64,000 nucleotides of DNA from a virus. The notes beneath the pieces are model-generated. The model was not told the DNA's origin and made no database searches. It was given only the letters and a program-made list of their open reading frames with translations. Made by a program: the position numbers and the translations under genes. This document shows, in pieces, positions 48,406 through 58,179 of this stretch (its first letter is position 1; each line of letters opens with the position of its first letter). The stretch is taken from IMG/VR virus record IMGVR_UViG_3300020056_000007. One strand, given 5' to 3'.

Positions 48406-50165
48406 AATCATTCAACGATTTAAGAGAAGGATATGTTTCCCATGCTCAGCGTAAAGCGGTATGGGCATCTAAAAAGGATGGCGGTAAAGGACATCCTGAT
48501 AATAAAAAGGAAGATTCTTCTCATTCAGACGCAGTAAAAGCATTTCTTGCCAAAGGTGGTAAAATTAAAAAGCTTCCACCCGGTAAAGCTCAAGGATGGC
48601 ATGGAAAGTCTGATCCCGGAAATCGCGTGAAGGGCATGCTAGATAAGCCAGATTCTTCTAAGATGAAAAATAGAGGTAAGCATTTAGATACTTCTACACC
48701 AACTCATAAAGAAGGTAAAGAAGAAGATATAAAAGCAACAATTGATAGACACCAAAAAGCTCATGATCATCATCAGCAAATGAGTAAAGAAGCAGATAAT
48801 CGTAGCGATACAGTAAAGCATATGAATGCACAAATGGCTCATGCTAAATCATTAAAACGGGCTAAAGAAAGATTAGCTAAGATCCAAAATGAAGGAAAAG
48901 CGTACGGTCCAACTGGAGTAAGCTATTACGTACCATCAGGTCATAAGGATGAAGTAGATCCAAAAACTGGAAAGAAATATCCTGAAAGGCAAAAACCTGG
49001 ATATAAATCGCCTAAAGAAGCTTATAATGAACCACAAGGTCAAGCAAAACGGATGATGTCTCCATTACAAAAAATAAGACAGGATAAAGAAAAAGCTGAT
49101 CGTGATCATGATGGTAAACTAAAAAGAGGTCGTTCATCTTTAAGTAGGCTTAGAGATATACAGAATAAATCAAATGCAATGGCGGCTAAGCCTCGTAAAG
49201 AAGAAGTAGAACAGCTTGATGAATTATCTCCGCGTACTAAAGCTTCTTATTATAAAAAAGCAAAAGATCAAAATAAATCAACTCAAAAAGCATATGATAA
49301 AAGTGTAAAAAGTAGTCCTGATAAATTTTTTGGTCAAGATGATCCTAAGGATCAAGCTCGTGCTAAAACTATGGATAAACGCCAAAGGGGTATGGCAATG
49401 GTAAAAGGCCGTAAATATGGCCAAAGATATGAAGCTACGATTAAAGAACTTGACGAAGGTAACATGATGTCGGCTGCTAAAGAGTTGGAAGCTTATGCAC
49501 GTAAGTCTGGAGGAATTGATAAAAACGATTTTATGAAAGCTGTCATGATGATGAAGAGAAATCAAAGAAAACAGCTTAATAAGTTTGTTGATGAGTTGGA
49601 TACAGAACCGCGTGAAAAGATTTTATCAGTTATGCATAAACACATTAAAGAAGAAAATGAACTAAATGAAGAAATGACATTTAGAGTTGAAATTGATGGA
49701 TTACCTGCAATGTTTATGTATGCTGCTGGTCCAGGTGCTTTAAAACAAGAACTTCGTAAAATTGTTAAACAACCTTCAATGGTTAAATCTGTAAAAAGAG
49801 TTACAGATGCTACTGTTAAAAAAACATTTCGCTTAAAAGCACAAGGGCGAGATGATGATAGTGATGGCGAAATAGATAGTAGGCAAGAACAAACAAATGA
49901 AGCTCGTGGTGAAGATGCAAAGGGACATAAAAGAGCAACTGAAAAGGGTGCTGGGTTAACACAAAAAGGTGTAGATGCTTATAGAAGAGCAAACCCAGGA
50001 TCTAAATTGCAGACTGCTGTAACAGGTAAAGTTAAACCTGGAAGTAAAGATGCTAAAAGAAGAAAATCTTTTTGTGCGCGAATGAGTGGAATGCCTGGAC
50101 CAATGAAAGATGAAAAAGGTAGACCAACTAGGAAAGCAATGTCTTTAAGAAGATGGAAATGTTAA
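48402..50165 (+). CDS. Modular basic protein, probable protease-processed internal polyprotein
   Basis: MKSFNDLRE; repeated LxE/NE junctions; C-terminal RKSFCARM module. Confidence 0.65.
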   Translation: MKSFNDLREGYVSHAQRKAVWASKKDGGKGHPDNKKEDSSHSDAVKAFLAKGGKIKKLPPGKAQGWHGKSDPGNRVKGMLDKPDSSKMKNRGKHLDTSTPTHKEGKEEDIKATIDRHQKAHDHHQQMSKEADNRSDTVKHMNAQMAHAKSLKRAKERLAKIQNEGKAYGPTGVSYYVPSGHKDEVDPKTGKKYPERQKPGYKSPKEAYNEPQGQAKRMMSPLQKIRQDKEKADRDHDGKLKRGRSSLSRLRDIQNKSNAMAAKPRKEEVEQLDELSPRTKASYYKKAKDQNKSTQKAYDKSVKSSPDKFFGQDDPKDQARAKTMDKRQRGMAMVKGRKYGQRYEATIKELDEGNMMSAAKELEAYARKSGGIDKNDFMKAVMMMKRNQRKQLNKFVDELDTEPREKILSVMHKHIKEENELNEEMTFRVEIDGLPAMFMYAAGPGALKQELRKIVKQPSMVKSVKRVTDATVKKTFRLKAQGRDDDSDGEIDSRQEQTNEARGEDAKGHKRATEKGAGLTQKGVDAYRRANPGSKLQTAVTGKVKPGSKDAKRRKSFCARMSGMPGPMKDEKGRPTRKAMSLRRWKC

Positions 50166-50168
50166 AAA

Positions 50169-50465
50169 ATGAAACTGGAGCAACAAATGGCACAAACAAC
50201 AGAAGCTCGGTTAGAGAGAATCGAGGATAAGCTTGATCAGTTAACTGATGCGATGGTGTCATTAGCTCGAGCAGAAGAGAAGATCGGCAATTTGCAAGAC
50301 GACCATAATAAACAATACGAGCGGATAAACCGCTTATCACAAAAACTAGATGAGATAGAAAGGGTGGTTTTAGAAAACCATCGTACAGTATGTTTCATTC
50401 AGAAATTATTCTGGGTGGTTGTAATAGCAGCCGCCGGTGCAATAGCCACTAATATTTACATGTAG
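50169..50465 (+). CDS. Coiled-coil protein with C-terminal TM helix
   Basis: RLERIEDKLD heptads; LFWVVVIAAAGAI. Confidence 0.6.
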   Translation: MKLEQQMAQTTEARLERIEDKLDQLTDAMVSLARAEEKIGNLQDDHNKQYERINRLSQKLDEIERVVLENHRTVCFIQKLFWVVVIAAAGAIATNIYM

Positions 50466-50474
50466 GAGAAGAAA

Positions 50475-51185
50475 ATGGCAAATGTTAAAGAAATTTCAAA
50501 AGGATTGGCCGGCCGCTATATTAAAAAAGCAAATATTAGCACAGCCGATGCTGCGGATAAAGTAGCACGTTCAGCTAATGAATACGATCCCAATGAAAGA
50601 AAAAGAAGACAAAAGCAAGGTATTAAAACGTTTATAAAACGTAAACACGGAATTGATAAAGCTGTAGATAAACTTACTGGTAAAGCAAAAGTACCAGCAA
50701 AAGAATCGTTTATAATTCCTGAAACAATTAAGGCAAATGAACGTACAGCTTTTCATGGTGCGGCAGCAGCAGCACATAAAGCAGGTAAAACTTCTTTTAC
50801 CTTTAATGGTAAAAAACATCCGGTAACTATGAAAAAAGATACCGCAAATGCAATTAAAACAGAGAGTGTAAAGATGTCTATTAGAGAAAAATTGATGTCT
50901 ATCTGGGAAGGGGATAAACATACTAAAGGAGCAATGCCTTCCGAACCGCACGGCACATATGATTCACCGGGTGGTAAAAAAATGAAAAAAGATATGAAAG
51001 CGGATGGTAATCCTGAAACCGGCATTAATGGTAAAGATGTAGAACAGCTTGGACATGATGATGCATCTAAAGCTGGACGCGCTGGACCAAACGCGACAAA
51101 AAGACCAAATGATGGCAAGATTGGTGATAAACAAATCATCAATCGAGTTGCAGCAGCTTATAAGGAGATGAAGAATGGCAATTAG
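50475..51185 (+). CDS. Basic modular protein (probable internal head protein)
   Basis: EISKGLAGRYIKKA module resembles ELSPRTKASYYKKA in the 48402 ORF. Confidence 0.55.
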   Translation: MANVKEISKGLAGRYIKKANISTADAADKVARSANEYDPNERKRRQKQGIKTFIKRKHGIDKAVDKLTGKAKVPAKESFIIPETIKANERTAFHGAAAAAHKAGKTSFTFNGKKHPVTMKKDTANAIKTESVKMSIREKLMSIWEGDKHTKGAMPSEPHGTYDSPGGKKMKKDMKADGNPETGINGKDVEQLGHDDASKAGRAGPNATKRPNDGKIGDKQIINRVAAAYKEMKNGN

Positions 51186-51561
51186 TCCTCCTAATTATCA
51201 AAAAGATGCCATTCCAACGCCTCAAGGTTGGAGACATCCACGAACAAATGAACTACTTATTGCACGTAAAATTAGTCAAGGTGAAATTGATGAATACTTA
51301 GGTGTTACACCTGAGCCACTTGAAGAATATGAATTTGATGTAGTTGTAGACGATGCTCCAGAAGTAGTAACATTGTCTGATAATGCGCATGAAGAAGATC
51401 CGAATTGGCATGATGGTTGCCATGAAGCAGATCCAACTTTATATGAAAATATGTCTAAGACAGAATTAGAAGAAATTGGAAGAGAGCATGGAATTGAGCT
51501 TGATCGCAGAGAAAGAAAATCAACATTGATTGAAAAATTGAGAGCAGTAACCGGCGTATAA
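51175..51561 (+). CDS. Hypothetical protein with C-terminal HeH/Rho_N-like motif
   Basis: MSKTELEEIGREHGIELDRRERKSTLI. Confidence 0.55.
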   Translation: MAISPPNYQKDAIPTPQGWRHPRTNELLIARKISQGEIDEYLGVTPEPLEEYEFDVVVDDAPEVVTLSDNAHEEDPNWHDGCHEADPTLYENMSKTELEEIGREHGIELDRRERKSTLIEKLRAVTGV

Positions 51562-51578
51562 TAGCCATAAATAATATT

Positions 51579-51947
51579 ATGCTAGTTTTTGATCAATTAA
51601 CAGAAGATAATCTTTTTCTATACGCGGCTAAACATTATCGGAATCCTGCGTTTTCTGATATAGATGAGTTTTATGAAGATTTAAAAAGATACAAGTATAT
51701 TAAAAGACTTGTAAATCGGTATTTAGATACAGGGCAATTATCTGAAAGACTTATATTAAATCATATTATCGTAATTTTTAACTCATTTGGAATAGAGGCA
51801 GGTTTAGAAATATTAAAATTAAAACTAAACGAAAAGCACTGGCCGGTTATTAAACCGTTTTTAATATTTTTAAAATATATAAAGAATAATGAATTATTGG
51901 GTATAGAACAAGATAAAATTGTAATAGAAGCATTAAGGAAAATCTAA
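51579..51947 (+). CDS. Hypothetical protein
   Basis: EFYEDLKRYKYIKRL, ERLILNHII; CATAAATA upstream. Confidence 0.65.
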   Translation: MLVFDQLTEDNLFLYAAKHYRNPAFSDIDEFYEDLKRYKYIKRLVNRYLDTGQLSERLILNHIIVIFNSFGIEAGLEILKLKLNEKHWPVIKPFLIFLKYIKNNELLGIEQDKIVIEALRKI

Positions 51948-52534
51948 TGGGAATAGTGAAATCAGCTGCAGACTTAACATATGCATTTAGATTTGTAAGA
52001 ATGCTAGTTATGAAATGGGAAAATTGGGATGCATATAAAGAAGGTATCATTGATCAAGATGGTAAACGCATTAAAAACGTTAGACTTGACACTCCCGAAA
52101 AAATTGCTAGCTATACTCCTTTCATTCGCTTGTGCGCTAACATTAAAAGGCTCTTATCAAAAATCCCAGGAGGAGGCACCAAACTTGGATCTTTTGCGGC
52201 CGCGCTCTATCTCCTTAAAGAAAAACATGGAATTGCAGAAAAAAAGTTAGAATCTATTTTAATAGAACACCAAATTGATATTACAGATTTTTTAAAAGAA
52301 AACACAGAATGGTTTGTACTAGAAGATAAACAATTATCTCCAGGTGTTTATAGAATTAATAATCATAAAATTTTAAATTCTACATTTGAAGAAATGGTAA
52401 ATCCTTATGATCAAATAAGGGTTAAAGAAGATTGTTATCCAGTTGGATCGTTATTTGGAATTGACATATATGAAGCAATACATGTAAATACTAATCAGCC
52501 CGTGTATGTGTGCCCTACGGAAATATTCAAATGA
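51947..52534 (+). CDS. Hypothetical protein
   Basis: WDAYKEGIIDQDG; coupled to the previous ORF. Confidence 0.6.
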   Translation: MGIVKSAADLTYAFRFVRMLVMKWENWDAYKEGIIDQDGKRIKNVRLDTPEKIASYTPFIRLCANIKRLLSKIPGGGTKLGSFAAALYLLKEKHGIAEKKLESILIEHQIDITDFLKENTEWFVLEDKQLSPGVYRINNHKILNSTFEEMVNPYDQIRVKEDCYPVGSLFGIDIYEAIHVNTNQPVYVCPTEIFK

Positions 52535-52551
52535 GTTAAAATTTTTTTATT

Positions 52552-53157
52552 ATGAAAATATATGAAGAAATTGCAAAAGTAAATTCAAATAAAATTAAAA
52601 AACGCATATTTGTATTAAATCATTTTTATGGTATGCCAGGATTAGAAGATGGATTAACGCGAAAATCTAGATATGTAAATTTGCTTAAATTACTTGGTAA
52701 TTTTGATGAAATTAGCTTTAAAAAAATGCAATCAATAAGCAATAGTTTAATTTTATATAATCAAGATTGGGATAAAGAATTTTTAGAAATATTACATATT
52801 GCTAAAACACATGGTTGGGATACGCAATATATTGATGAAAAATATGGTAATTGTACTTTACCACAAATATTAGAAGATTTTAAAATTAATTGTAATCCAG
52901 ATGAAACACATATTATTTTAGGTGGAACAAATCTTTCTGGGTGTGTAATGTTTAATTCAAATCTTTCTTTATTTAGTTGGATTAAATTAAACTATAATGT
53001 TACTGTAGAATTATCATTATGTAGTGAATATCAACACGCTGATGTCACACAAGCATTAAAAAACAATTTTGCTTTTAGCGAATTATATAATTTTATAAAA
53101 GCAAATAATTTTTGGAATAAAGTTGATGTCGGACACGATATAAATAAATGGAGATAA
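52552..53157 (+). CDS. Hypothetical protein
   Basis: Very AT-rich 201-aa ORF; GGTNLSGCV. Confidence 0.5.
   Translation: MKIYEEIAKVNSNKIKKRIFVLNHFYGMPGLEDGLTRKSRYVNLLKLLGNFDEISFKKMQSISNSLILYNQDWDKEFLEILHIAKTHGWDTQYIDEKYGNCTLPQILEDFKINCNPDETHIILGGTNLSGCVMFNSNLSLFSWIKLNYNVTVELSLCSEYQHADVTQALKNNFAFSELYNFIKANNFWNKVDVGHDINKWR
53139..53146 (+). promoter_or_regulatory. Late promoter
   Basis: TATAAATA upstream of the spanin-containing operon. Confidence 0.7.
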
Positions 53158-53170
53158 GAAGGATACTAAA

Positions 53171-53458
53171 ATGAAACAGGGGCTTTGGGCTAACATTTGG
53201 GCTAAACGTCGTAGAGGCGAACGTATGAGAAAAAAAGGTGAAAAGGGTGCACCTACACCAAAAGCTATTCGTCAAGCTCAAGGCAAAGAATCTGTTGAAG
53301 AAGATGCACCCACTATGAATACTGGAGCTATTCCAGATCCTAAAGCTACAGCAATGGGACCTCGATATAAAACACAAACGGTGACTGATCGTCGTCGTAA
53401 AAAAGACATGGTCTTATTAAAAAGATTTAGGAGATATATGGAAGATGAACACAGGTAA
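53171..53458 (+). CDS. Small basic hypothetical protein
   Basis: GLWANIWAKRRRGE. Confidence 0.6.
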   Translation: MKQGLWANIWAKRRRGERMRKKGEKGAPTPKAIRQAQGKESVEEDAPTMNTGAIPDPKATAMGPRYKTQTVTDRRRKKDMVLLKRFRRYMEDEHR

Positions 53459-53762
53459 AACACGATATGAAATTACACATAATATTGCGGGGTTAATATT
53501 TTTAATTGTAGGTACCGCCTGGTGGTTGATACCAATGATATTAGTACATATGGGAACACACCACGAAATGCCAGATGGAACACTTATGTCAGGTCATATG
53601 CATCATGGAGAAATGCCAGAAATAAATCATAATGATCATGGTCCAACATTTTTAGGTCTTACTGAAATGACATGGATGTGGTATGTTATGGCAGTGGTTC
53701 ATTTCCTTATTCATGATTGTATGAAATTATGTACAGGTTGTAAAAAGAAATTAAATGATTAG
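53445..53762 (+). CDS. Two-TM protein with His/Met-rich loop
   Basis: HMGTHHEMPDGTLMSGHMHHGEM between two hydrophobic helices. Confidence 0.6.
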   Translation: MNTGKTRYEITHNIAGLIFLIVGTAWWLIPMILVHMGTHHEMPDGTLMSGHMHHGEMPEINHNDHGPTFLGLTEMTWMWYVMAVVHFLIHDCMKLCTGCKKKLND

Positions 53763-54132
53763 AATTTATATTGCATTAGGTATTTTGTTATTTATGGGCT
53801 CTGCTGCATACGGAGCTTACTATTATTATACTGATACTCAAGAGAGATTAGCAGTATTACATGAAAATAACGCGAAGCTTGAGACTGCAGCAAAAGCAAA
53901 AGATGCAATGATTGATGCATTAGAGGCAACTCAAGAAGAATTAGAAGCAATTAATAGTCAATTAGCTTTAGACTTACAATCAGCAACTGATTATACTGAT
54001 GAGCTAAGAAAGAAATTGCAAGAACACGATCTCACAAGGTTAAGTTTAAAAAAACCTGGAATGATTGAAAAGAGAGTAAATGATGGTACAAAAGATATTA
54101 TTAGTGAGCTTGAGTCTATTACTTCTCAGTAG
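53755..54132 (+). CDS. Inner-membrane spanin (Rz-like)
   Basis: N-terminal TM plus coiled coil; overlaps a lipoprotein gene. Confidence 0.7.
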   Translation: MIRIYIALGILLFMGSAAYGAYYYYTDTQERLAVLHENNAKLETAAKAKDAMIDALEATQEELEAINSQLALDLQSATDYTDELRKKLQEHDLTRLSLKKPGMIEKRVNDGTKDIISELESITSQ

Positions 54133-54466
54133 TTGTACAAAAGTTCCCGAACCGACAATTGTTACGGTTCCAGAAATTATAGAAAAAGATATTCCAATTG
54201 TCGAAAGACCAAAAGGATTAAGCTTAACTTCACCATATTTTCATGTAGTAACAAGTGAAAACTTGGATGAATTTATTGAAAAGTTTAAAAAGTCAAATGG
54301 CAGTGAATTAGTATTTTATGCTATATCTGTTCGTGACTATGAAAACTTATCATTAAACTTAGCAGAGTTAAGAAGATATATTGAACAACAACAGGCTATT
54401 ATAGTCTATTATGAAACAGCAATTGATGGAGATGATGATGTCATTCAAAACAGCACAGATAATTAA
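54080..54466 (+). CDS. Outer-membrane spanin lipoprotein (Rz1-like)
   Basis: Lipobox LLSSC, Pro-rich N-terminus. Confidence 0.7.
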   Translation: MMVQKILLVSLSLLLLSSCTKVPEPTIVTVPEIIEKDIPIVERPKGLSLTSPYFHVVTSENLDEFIEKFKKSNGSELVFYAISVRDYENLSLNLAELRRYIEQQQAIIVYYETAIDGDDDVIQNSTDN

Positions 54467-54650
54467 AGAAGGCCTTGTAAAACATTACGAAGGTGTTATT
54501 GCATTAGCAGAAGCTAATGTGAAAATTTATATGGAACAAAGTGTAGGTATTGGTGAGCATGCCGATATTTTAGAAGCGGTTGACGGTGAGCTAGAAAAGA
54601 TTGCTTCTGCTCAAGATAAAATTGATATGTTAGAAAAATATTTTGCATAA
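54411..54650 (+). CDS. Hypothetical protein
   Basis: VGIGEH motif. Confidence 0.6.
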   Translation: MKQQLMEMMMSFKTAQIIKEGLVKHYEGVIALAEANVKIYMEQSVGIGEHADILEAVDGELEKIASAQDKIDMLEKYFA

Positions 54651-54666
54651 ACGTCATATATTAGGG

Positions 54667-54695
54667 TTTACAAAAACCGAAAACTAATATATAAT
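54667..54695 (+). promoter_or_regulatory. Early-type promoter for the RNR
   Basis: gTTTACA-17-TATAAT. Confidence 0.65.
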
Positions 54696-54735
54696 ACTAC
54701 AATCAAAGAAATTACATATTTAAAGAGGTATTACG

Positions 54736-56952
54736 ATGGCAACACCAAACGTTGACACTAGGAGATTTTTGTCCGAAACGAAGTTTTATGATAGTTATTC
54801 ACGATTTATAGATGATGAAGAAAGATATGAAACTTGGAATGAAGCAGTCGATAGAGTTATCGAAATGCATTCCAATTATTATGAAAGTCAACACAATAAT
54901 TTGGTGCCATATTTAGAAGAAGCTAGACAAGCATATAAAGAACAACGAGTACTAGCTGCTCAACGATCATTGCAATTTGGTGGAGAACAATTATTAAAAC
55001 ACCAAATGAGAATGTATAATTGTACATCTTCATATGCTGATCGACCTGCATTTTTTGGTGAAGTATTTTATATTCTTTTATGTGGTGCTGGAGCAGGGTT
55101 TTCTGTTCAAAAACACCATATCAAAAAACTTCCTAAAGTTCAATCCCGGTATAAACAAGCAAAAGGTTATATTGTAGATGATTCAATCGAAGGTTGGGCT
55201 AATGCAGTTGATATTCTTTTAAGCTCATATTTTGTTGGAGGTGGTAAACACCCAGATTATGAAGGTCGTAGAGTTTTCTTTGATTTAAGCCAAATTAGAC
55301 CAAAAGGTGCTAAAATTTCTGGTGGTTTTAAAGCACCAGGACCAGAAGGTTTACGTAGAGCTTTAGATAAAATTGAACATTTAATTCAAAGTTTAGTAAT
55401 GGATGTAAAAGAACCAATTAATTTGCGTCCTATTGATGTATATGATATTGTTATGCATACAGCTGATGCTGTATTATCTGGTGGTGTTCGCCGTTCAGCC
55501 ACTATTTGTTTGTTCTCACCAGATGATGAAGAAATGATGAATGCAAAAACTGGTAATTGGTTTATGGAAAATCCACAACGTGGAAGATCTAATAATTCAG
55601 CAGTAATTGTAAGAGATAAAACCACACCTGAACAATTTGGAAAAATTATGGAGTCTGTAAAACAATTCGGTGAACCCGGTTTTGTTTTTGTTGAATCAAC
55701 TGAACATACAACCAATCCTTGTGTTGAAATTGGTATGTTCCCACAAATTAAAGGTAAATCTGGTTGGCAAGGTTGTAATCTTACTGAAATCAATGGTGGT
55801 TTATGTAATACTGAAGAAGATTTTTATAAAGCATGTAGAGCTGCTGCTATTCTTGGTACATTACAAGCCGGATATACGGATTTTAAATTTTTAGACAAAT
55901 CATCTAAAGAAATTTTTGATCGTGAAGCTTTATTAGGTGTATCTATTACCGGGTGGATGAATAATCCAGAAATTCTCTTTAATTCTCAAATTTTAGAAAA
56001 AGGAGCCGAAATTGTCAAAAAAATCAATAAAGAAGTTGCAAAAATTATCGGAATCAATCCAGCGGCTAGAACAACATGTGTCAAACCAAGCGGCAATGCT
56101 TCGGTCCTTTTACAAACGGCTAGTGGTATTCATGCTGAGCATTCTAGCATGTATATTAGGAACGTTCAAATGAATAAAGAGTCTGAAATTACTCAGGCTA
56201 TTCAAAAATCAAATCCATATATGGTTGAAGAAAGTGTATGGTCTGCAGGTGGAACTGATGTCGTAGTGTCGTTTCCTATTATTCCACATAAAGGATCATA
56301 TTTCAAAGATCAACTTCTTGGTGTAGAGCATTTAAAATTAGTTCAAAAAGCTCAAAAGCACTGGGTTATTGCTGGAACTGAAGAAAAATTATGTGCAGAT
56401 AAAGGTATACGGCATAATGTATCAAATACTATTATTGTAGATGATTGGGATGAAGTAGAGAAATTTGTATTTGAAAATAGATATTCATTTGCAGGTATTT
56501 CATTCTTACCTATGTCTGGTGATAAAGACTTTAATCAAGCGCCTAATACTGCAGTGATTACAGCAAAAGAAATGGTAAAGAAATATAATACTGCAGCCAT
56601 TTTTGCTTCAGGCATGGTAGTTGATGCTCTTAAAGTATTTCCTAATTTATGGGATGCTTGTGCCACAGCTCAAGGTATGGGTCTTGATATATCTTTAGAA
56701 TCTTCTGAAAATTCATCAAGAGCAGATTGGGTTAGAAGATTTGAAAATTTCTCTCAAAACTATTGTGATGGCGATATAAAAAAGGCAGAACATTGTTTAA
56801 AAGATTCATATCTTTTACATAAATGGAATAAAATTCAAACAAATCTTCAAGAAATAAATTGGGAATCTGATTTAATTGAAAAGAAATATACTGATGTTGA
56901 TACTCTTGGAGCCGCAGCTTGTGCTGGCGGAGCATGTGAGATTGACTTTTAA
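54736..56952 (+). CDS. nrdJ: Ribonucleotide reductase, class II monomeric type (B12-dependent)
   Basis: YNC, GGVRRSA, TNPCVEI, CNLTE, KPSG, ISFLP, C-terminal CAGGAC; no adjacent nrdB. Confidence 0.8.
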   Translation: MATPNVDTRRFLSETKFYDSYSRFIDDEERYETWNEAVDRVIEMHSNYYESQHNNLVPYLEEARQAYKEQRVLAAQRSLQFGGEQLLKHQMRMYNCTSSYADRPAFFGEVFYILLCGAGAGFSVQKHHIKKLPKVQSRYKQAKGYIVDDSIEGWANAVDILLSSYFVGGGKHPDYEGRRVFFDLSQIRPKGAKISGGFKAPGPEGLRRALDKIEHLIQSLVMDVKEPINLRPIDVYDIVMHTADAVLSGGVRRSATICLFSPDDEEMMNAKTGNWFMENPQRGRSNNSAVIVRDKTTPEQFGKIMESVKQFGEPGFVFVESTEHTTNPCVEIGMFPQIKGKSGWQGCNLTEINGGLCNTEEDFYKACRAAAILGTLQAGYTDFKFLDKSSKEIFDREALLGVSITGWMNNPEILFNSQILEKGAEIVKKINKEVAKIIGINPAARTTCVKPSGNASVLLQTASGIHAEHSSMYIRNVQMNKESEITQAIQKSNPYMVEESVWSAGGTDVVVSFPIIPHKGSYFKDQLLGVEHLKLVQKAQKHWVIAGTEEKLCADKGIRHNVSNTIIVDDWDEVEKFVFENRYSFAGISFLPMSGDKDFNQAPNTAVITAKEMVKKYNTAAIFASGMVVDALKVFPNLWDACATAQGMGLDISLESSENSSRADWVRRFENFSQNYCDGDIKKAEHCLKDSYLLHKWNKIQTNLQEINWESDLIEKKYTDVDTLGAAACAGGACEIDF

Positions 56953-57107
56953 TGGAAGATTATATTATTGAATGTGAGGAATGCGAAGAAACCTCATACG
57001 CTGCATCATATAAAAAACCAAATTTCTGTCCGATATGCGGTCGTCGGGCAGAAGTAGAAAAAAGATCGATAGACGTAGATTCATGGGATTATGAAGATGG
57101 AGATTAA
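56952..57107 (+). CDS. 51-aa zinc-ribbon protein (not in ORF track)
   Basis: MEDYIIECEEC...FCPICG; start overlaps the RNR stop. Confidence 0.6.
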   Translation: MEDYIIECEECEETSYAASYKKPNFCPICGRRAEVEKRSIDVDSWDYEDGD

Positions 57108-57321
57108 TTCAATTAATATAATAAATCAAACTATGCTTGAAGGGGCTAGTCGTAATATGCCTATGAATATTCCTAACGAACAACAGTCACTAAAAGGTGT
57201 CAGTAAAAACATGCCTTTTAATTATGATCCAACACGAGAGACCTATTATAATTATAATTCTAAAGGTGAAAGAGTAATGATTCGTCAAGTAGGTCATATG
57301 GTTGATATTACGGTACTATAA
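57091..57321 (+). CDS. Hypothetical protein
   Basis: ORF track; fills the gap before the late promoter. Confidence 0.45.
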   Translation: MKMEINSINIINQTMLEGASRNMPMNIPNEQQSLKGVSKNMPFNYDPTRETYYNYNSKGERVMIRQVGHMVDITVL

Positions 57322-57324
57322 ATA
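57317..57324 (+). promoter_or_regulatory. Late promoter
   Basis: TATAAATA 5 nt before ATG 57330. Confidence 0.65.
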
Positions 57325-57329
57325 AATGT

Positions 57330-57749
57330 ATGTGGTATTATGAACAAAAAGAATTCACCGAAACTCCAACTGACTTTGCCGGGTTTGTCTACCTCATTAC
57401 GGACACATTTAACGGACGCAAGTACGTCGGAAAGAAATTATTCACTCGATCTAAAATCCTACCTAAAAATTCGAAACGAGCACGCAGATCCAGACAAACC
57501 GTCGACTCTGACTGGAGAACGTATTGTGGATCTTCTAAACAAGTCCAAGAACTCGTCGAAGAACACGGATTAGATCGGTTTAAAAGAGAAATACTTCGTC
57601 TATGTAAAACTAAAGGCGAGATGTCATATTACGAAGCAAAAGAACAATTTGATCGTGACGTATTATTTAGTGATGAATATTACAATGAATTCATAGGTTG
57701 TAAAATTCATGCAAAACATGTACGTAACTCCGTGCCGACAAGTTTGTAG
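57330..57749 (+). CDS. GIY-YIG endonuclease
   Basis: GFVYLIT...KYVGKK, YCGSS, FKREIL, YYE, YYN. Confidence 0.8.
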   Translation: MWYYEQKEFTETPTDFAGFVYLITDTFNGRKYVGKKLFTRSKILPKNSKRARRSRQTVDSDWRTYCGSSKQVQELVEEHGLDRFKREILRLCKTKGEMSYYEAKEQFDRDVLFSDEYYNEFIGCKIHAKHVRNSVPTSL

Positions 57750-57915
57750 ATTAAATAAGAACGATATATGTGTTGGATGCGGTAGGACAAAAAAAGAAAT
57801 AACGGAATGGCCAAAGTACCATTATTATCAACGTATGAAAATTATGGAAAGGTTAGGCTATGGTAACAGACGAGGTAGATCTTACCGTATACGTAATGAT
57901 GTTAAAAGCTCATGA
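57709..57915 (+). CDS. DUF1289 small Cys-rich protein
   Basis: TPCRQVC...CVGCGRT..EITEW. Confidence 0.8.
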   Translation: MQNMYVTPCRQVCRLNKNDICVGCGRTKKEITEWPKYHYYQRMKIMERLGYGNRRGRSYRIRNDVKSS

Positions 57916-58156
57916 GTCTCAGCGGGCAAGCTTTAATCAAAGAATGGAATTTTGGAATAAATATCCAGAATTAAAAAATGCTTGTAAATTATTTTGGACT
58001 GTAAAAGGACATTTACCTGCAGAAGATACAATTTTAGCTTCTGCAAATGGTTATTTCAAAAGACTTTGGCATGATGAAGAGGCATATATTCATGAAGAAG
58101 GGTGGGAAGAAGCTTTTTTTCAATTTATTGAAAAAAACTATGTACATTCCGATTAA
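57860..58156 (+). CDS. Hypothetical protein
   Basis: ORF track. Confidence 0.5.
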   Translation: MVTDEVDLTVYVMMLKAHESQRASFNQRMEFWNKYPELKNACKLFWTVKGHLPAEDTILASANGYFKRLWHDEEAYIHEEGWEEAFFQFIEKNYVHSD

Positions 58157-58169
58157 ACTGTGGTAGAAT
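58141..58169 (+). promoter_or_regulatory. Early-type promoter
   Basis: TGTACA-17-TAGAAT with tgtgg. Confidence 0.7.
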
Positions 58170-58179
58170 ATATTATATA

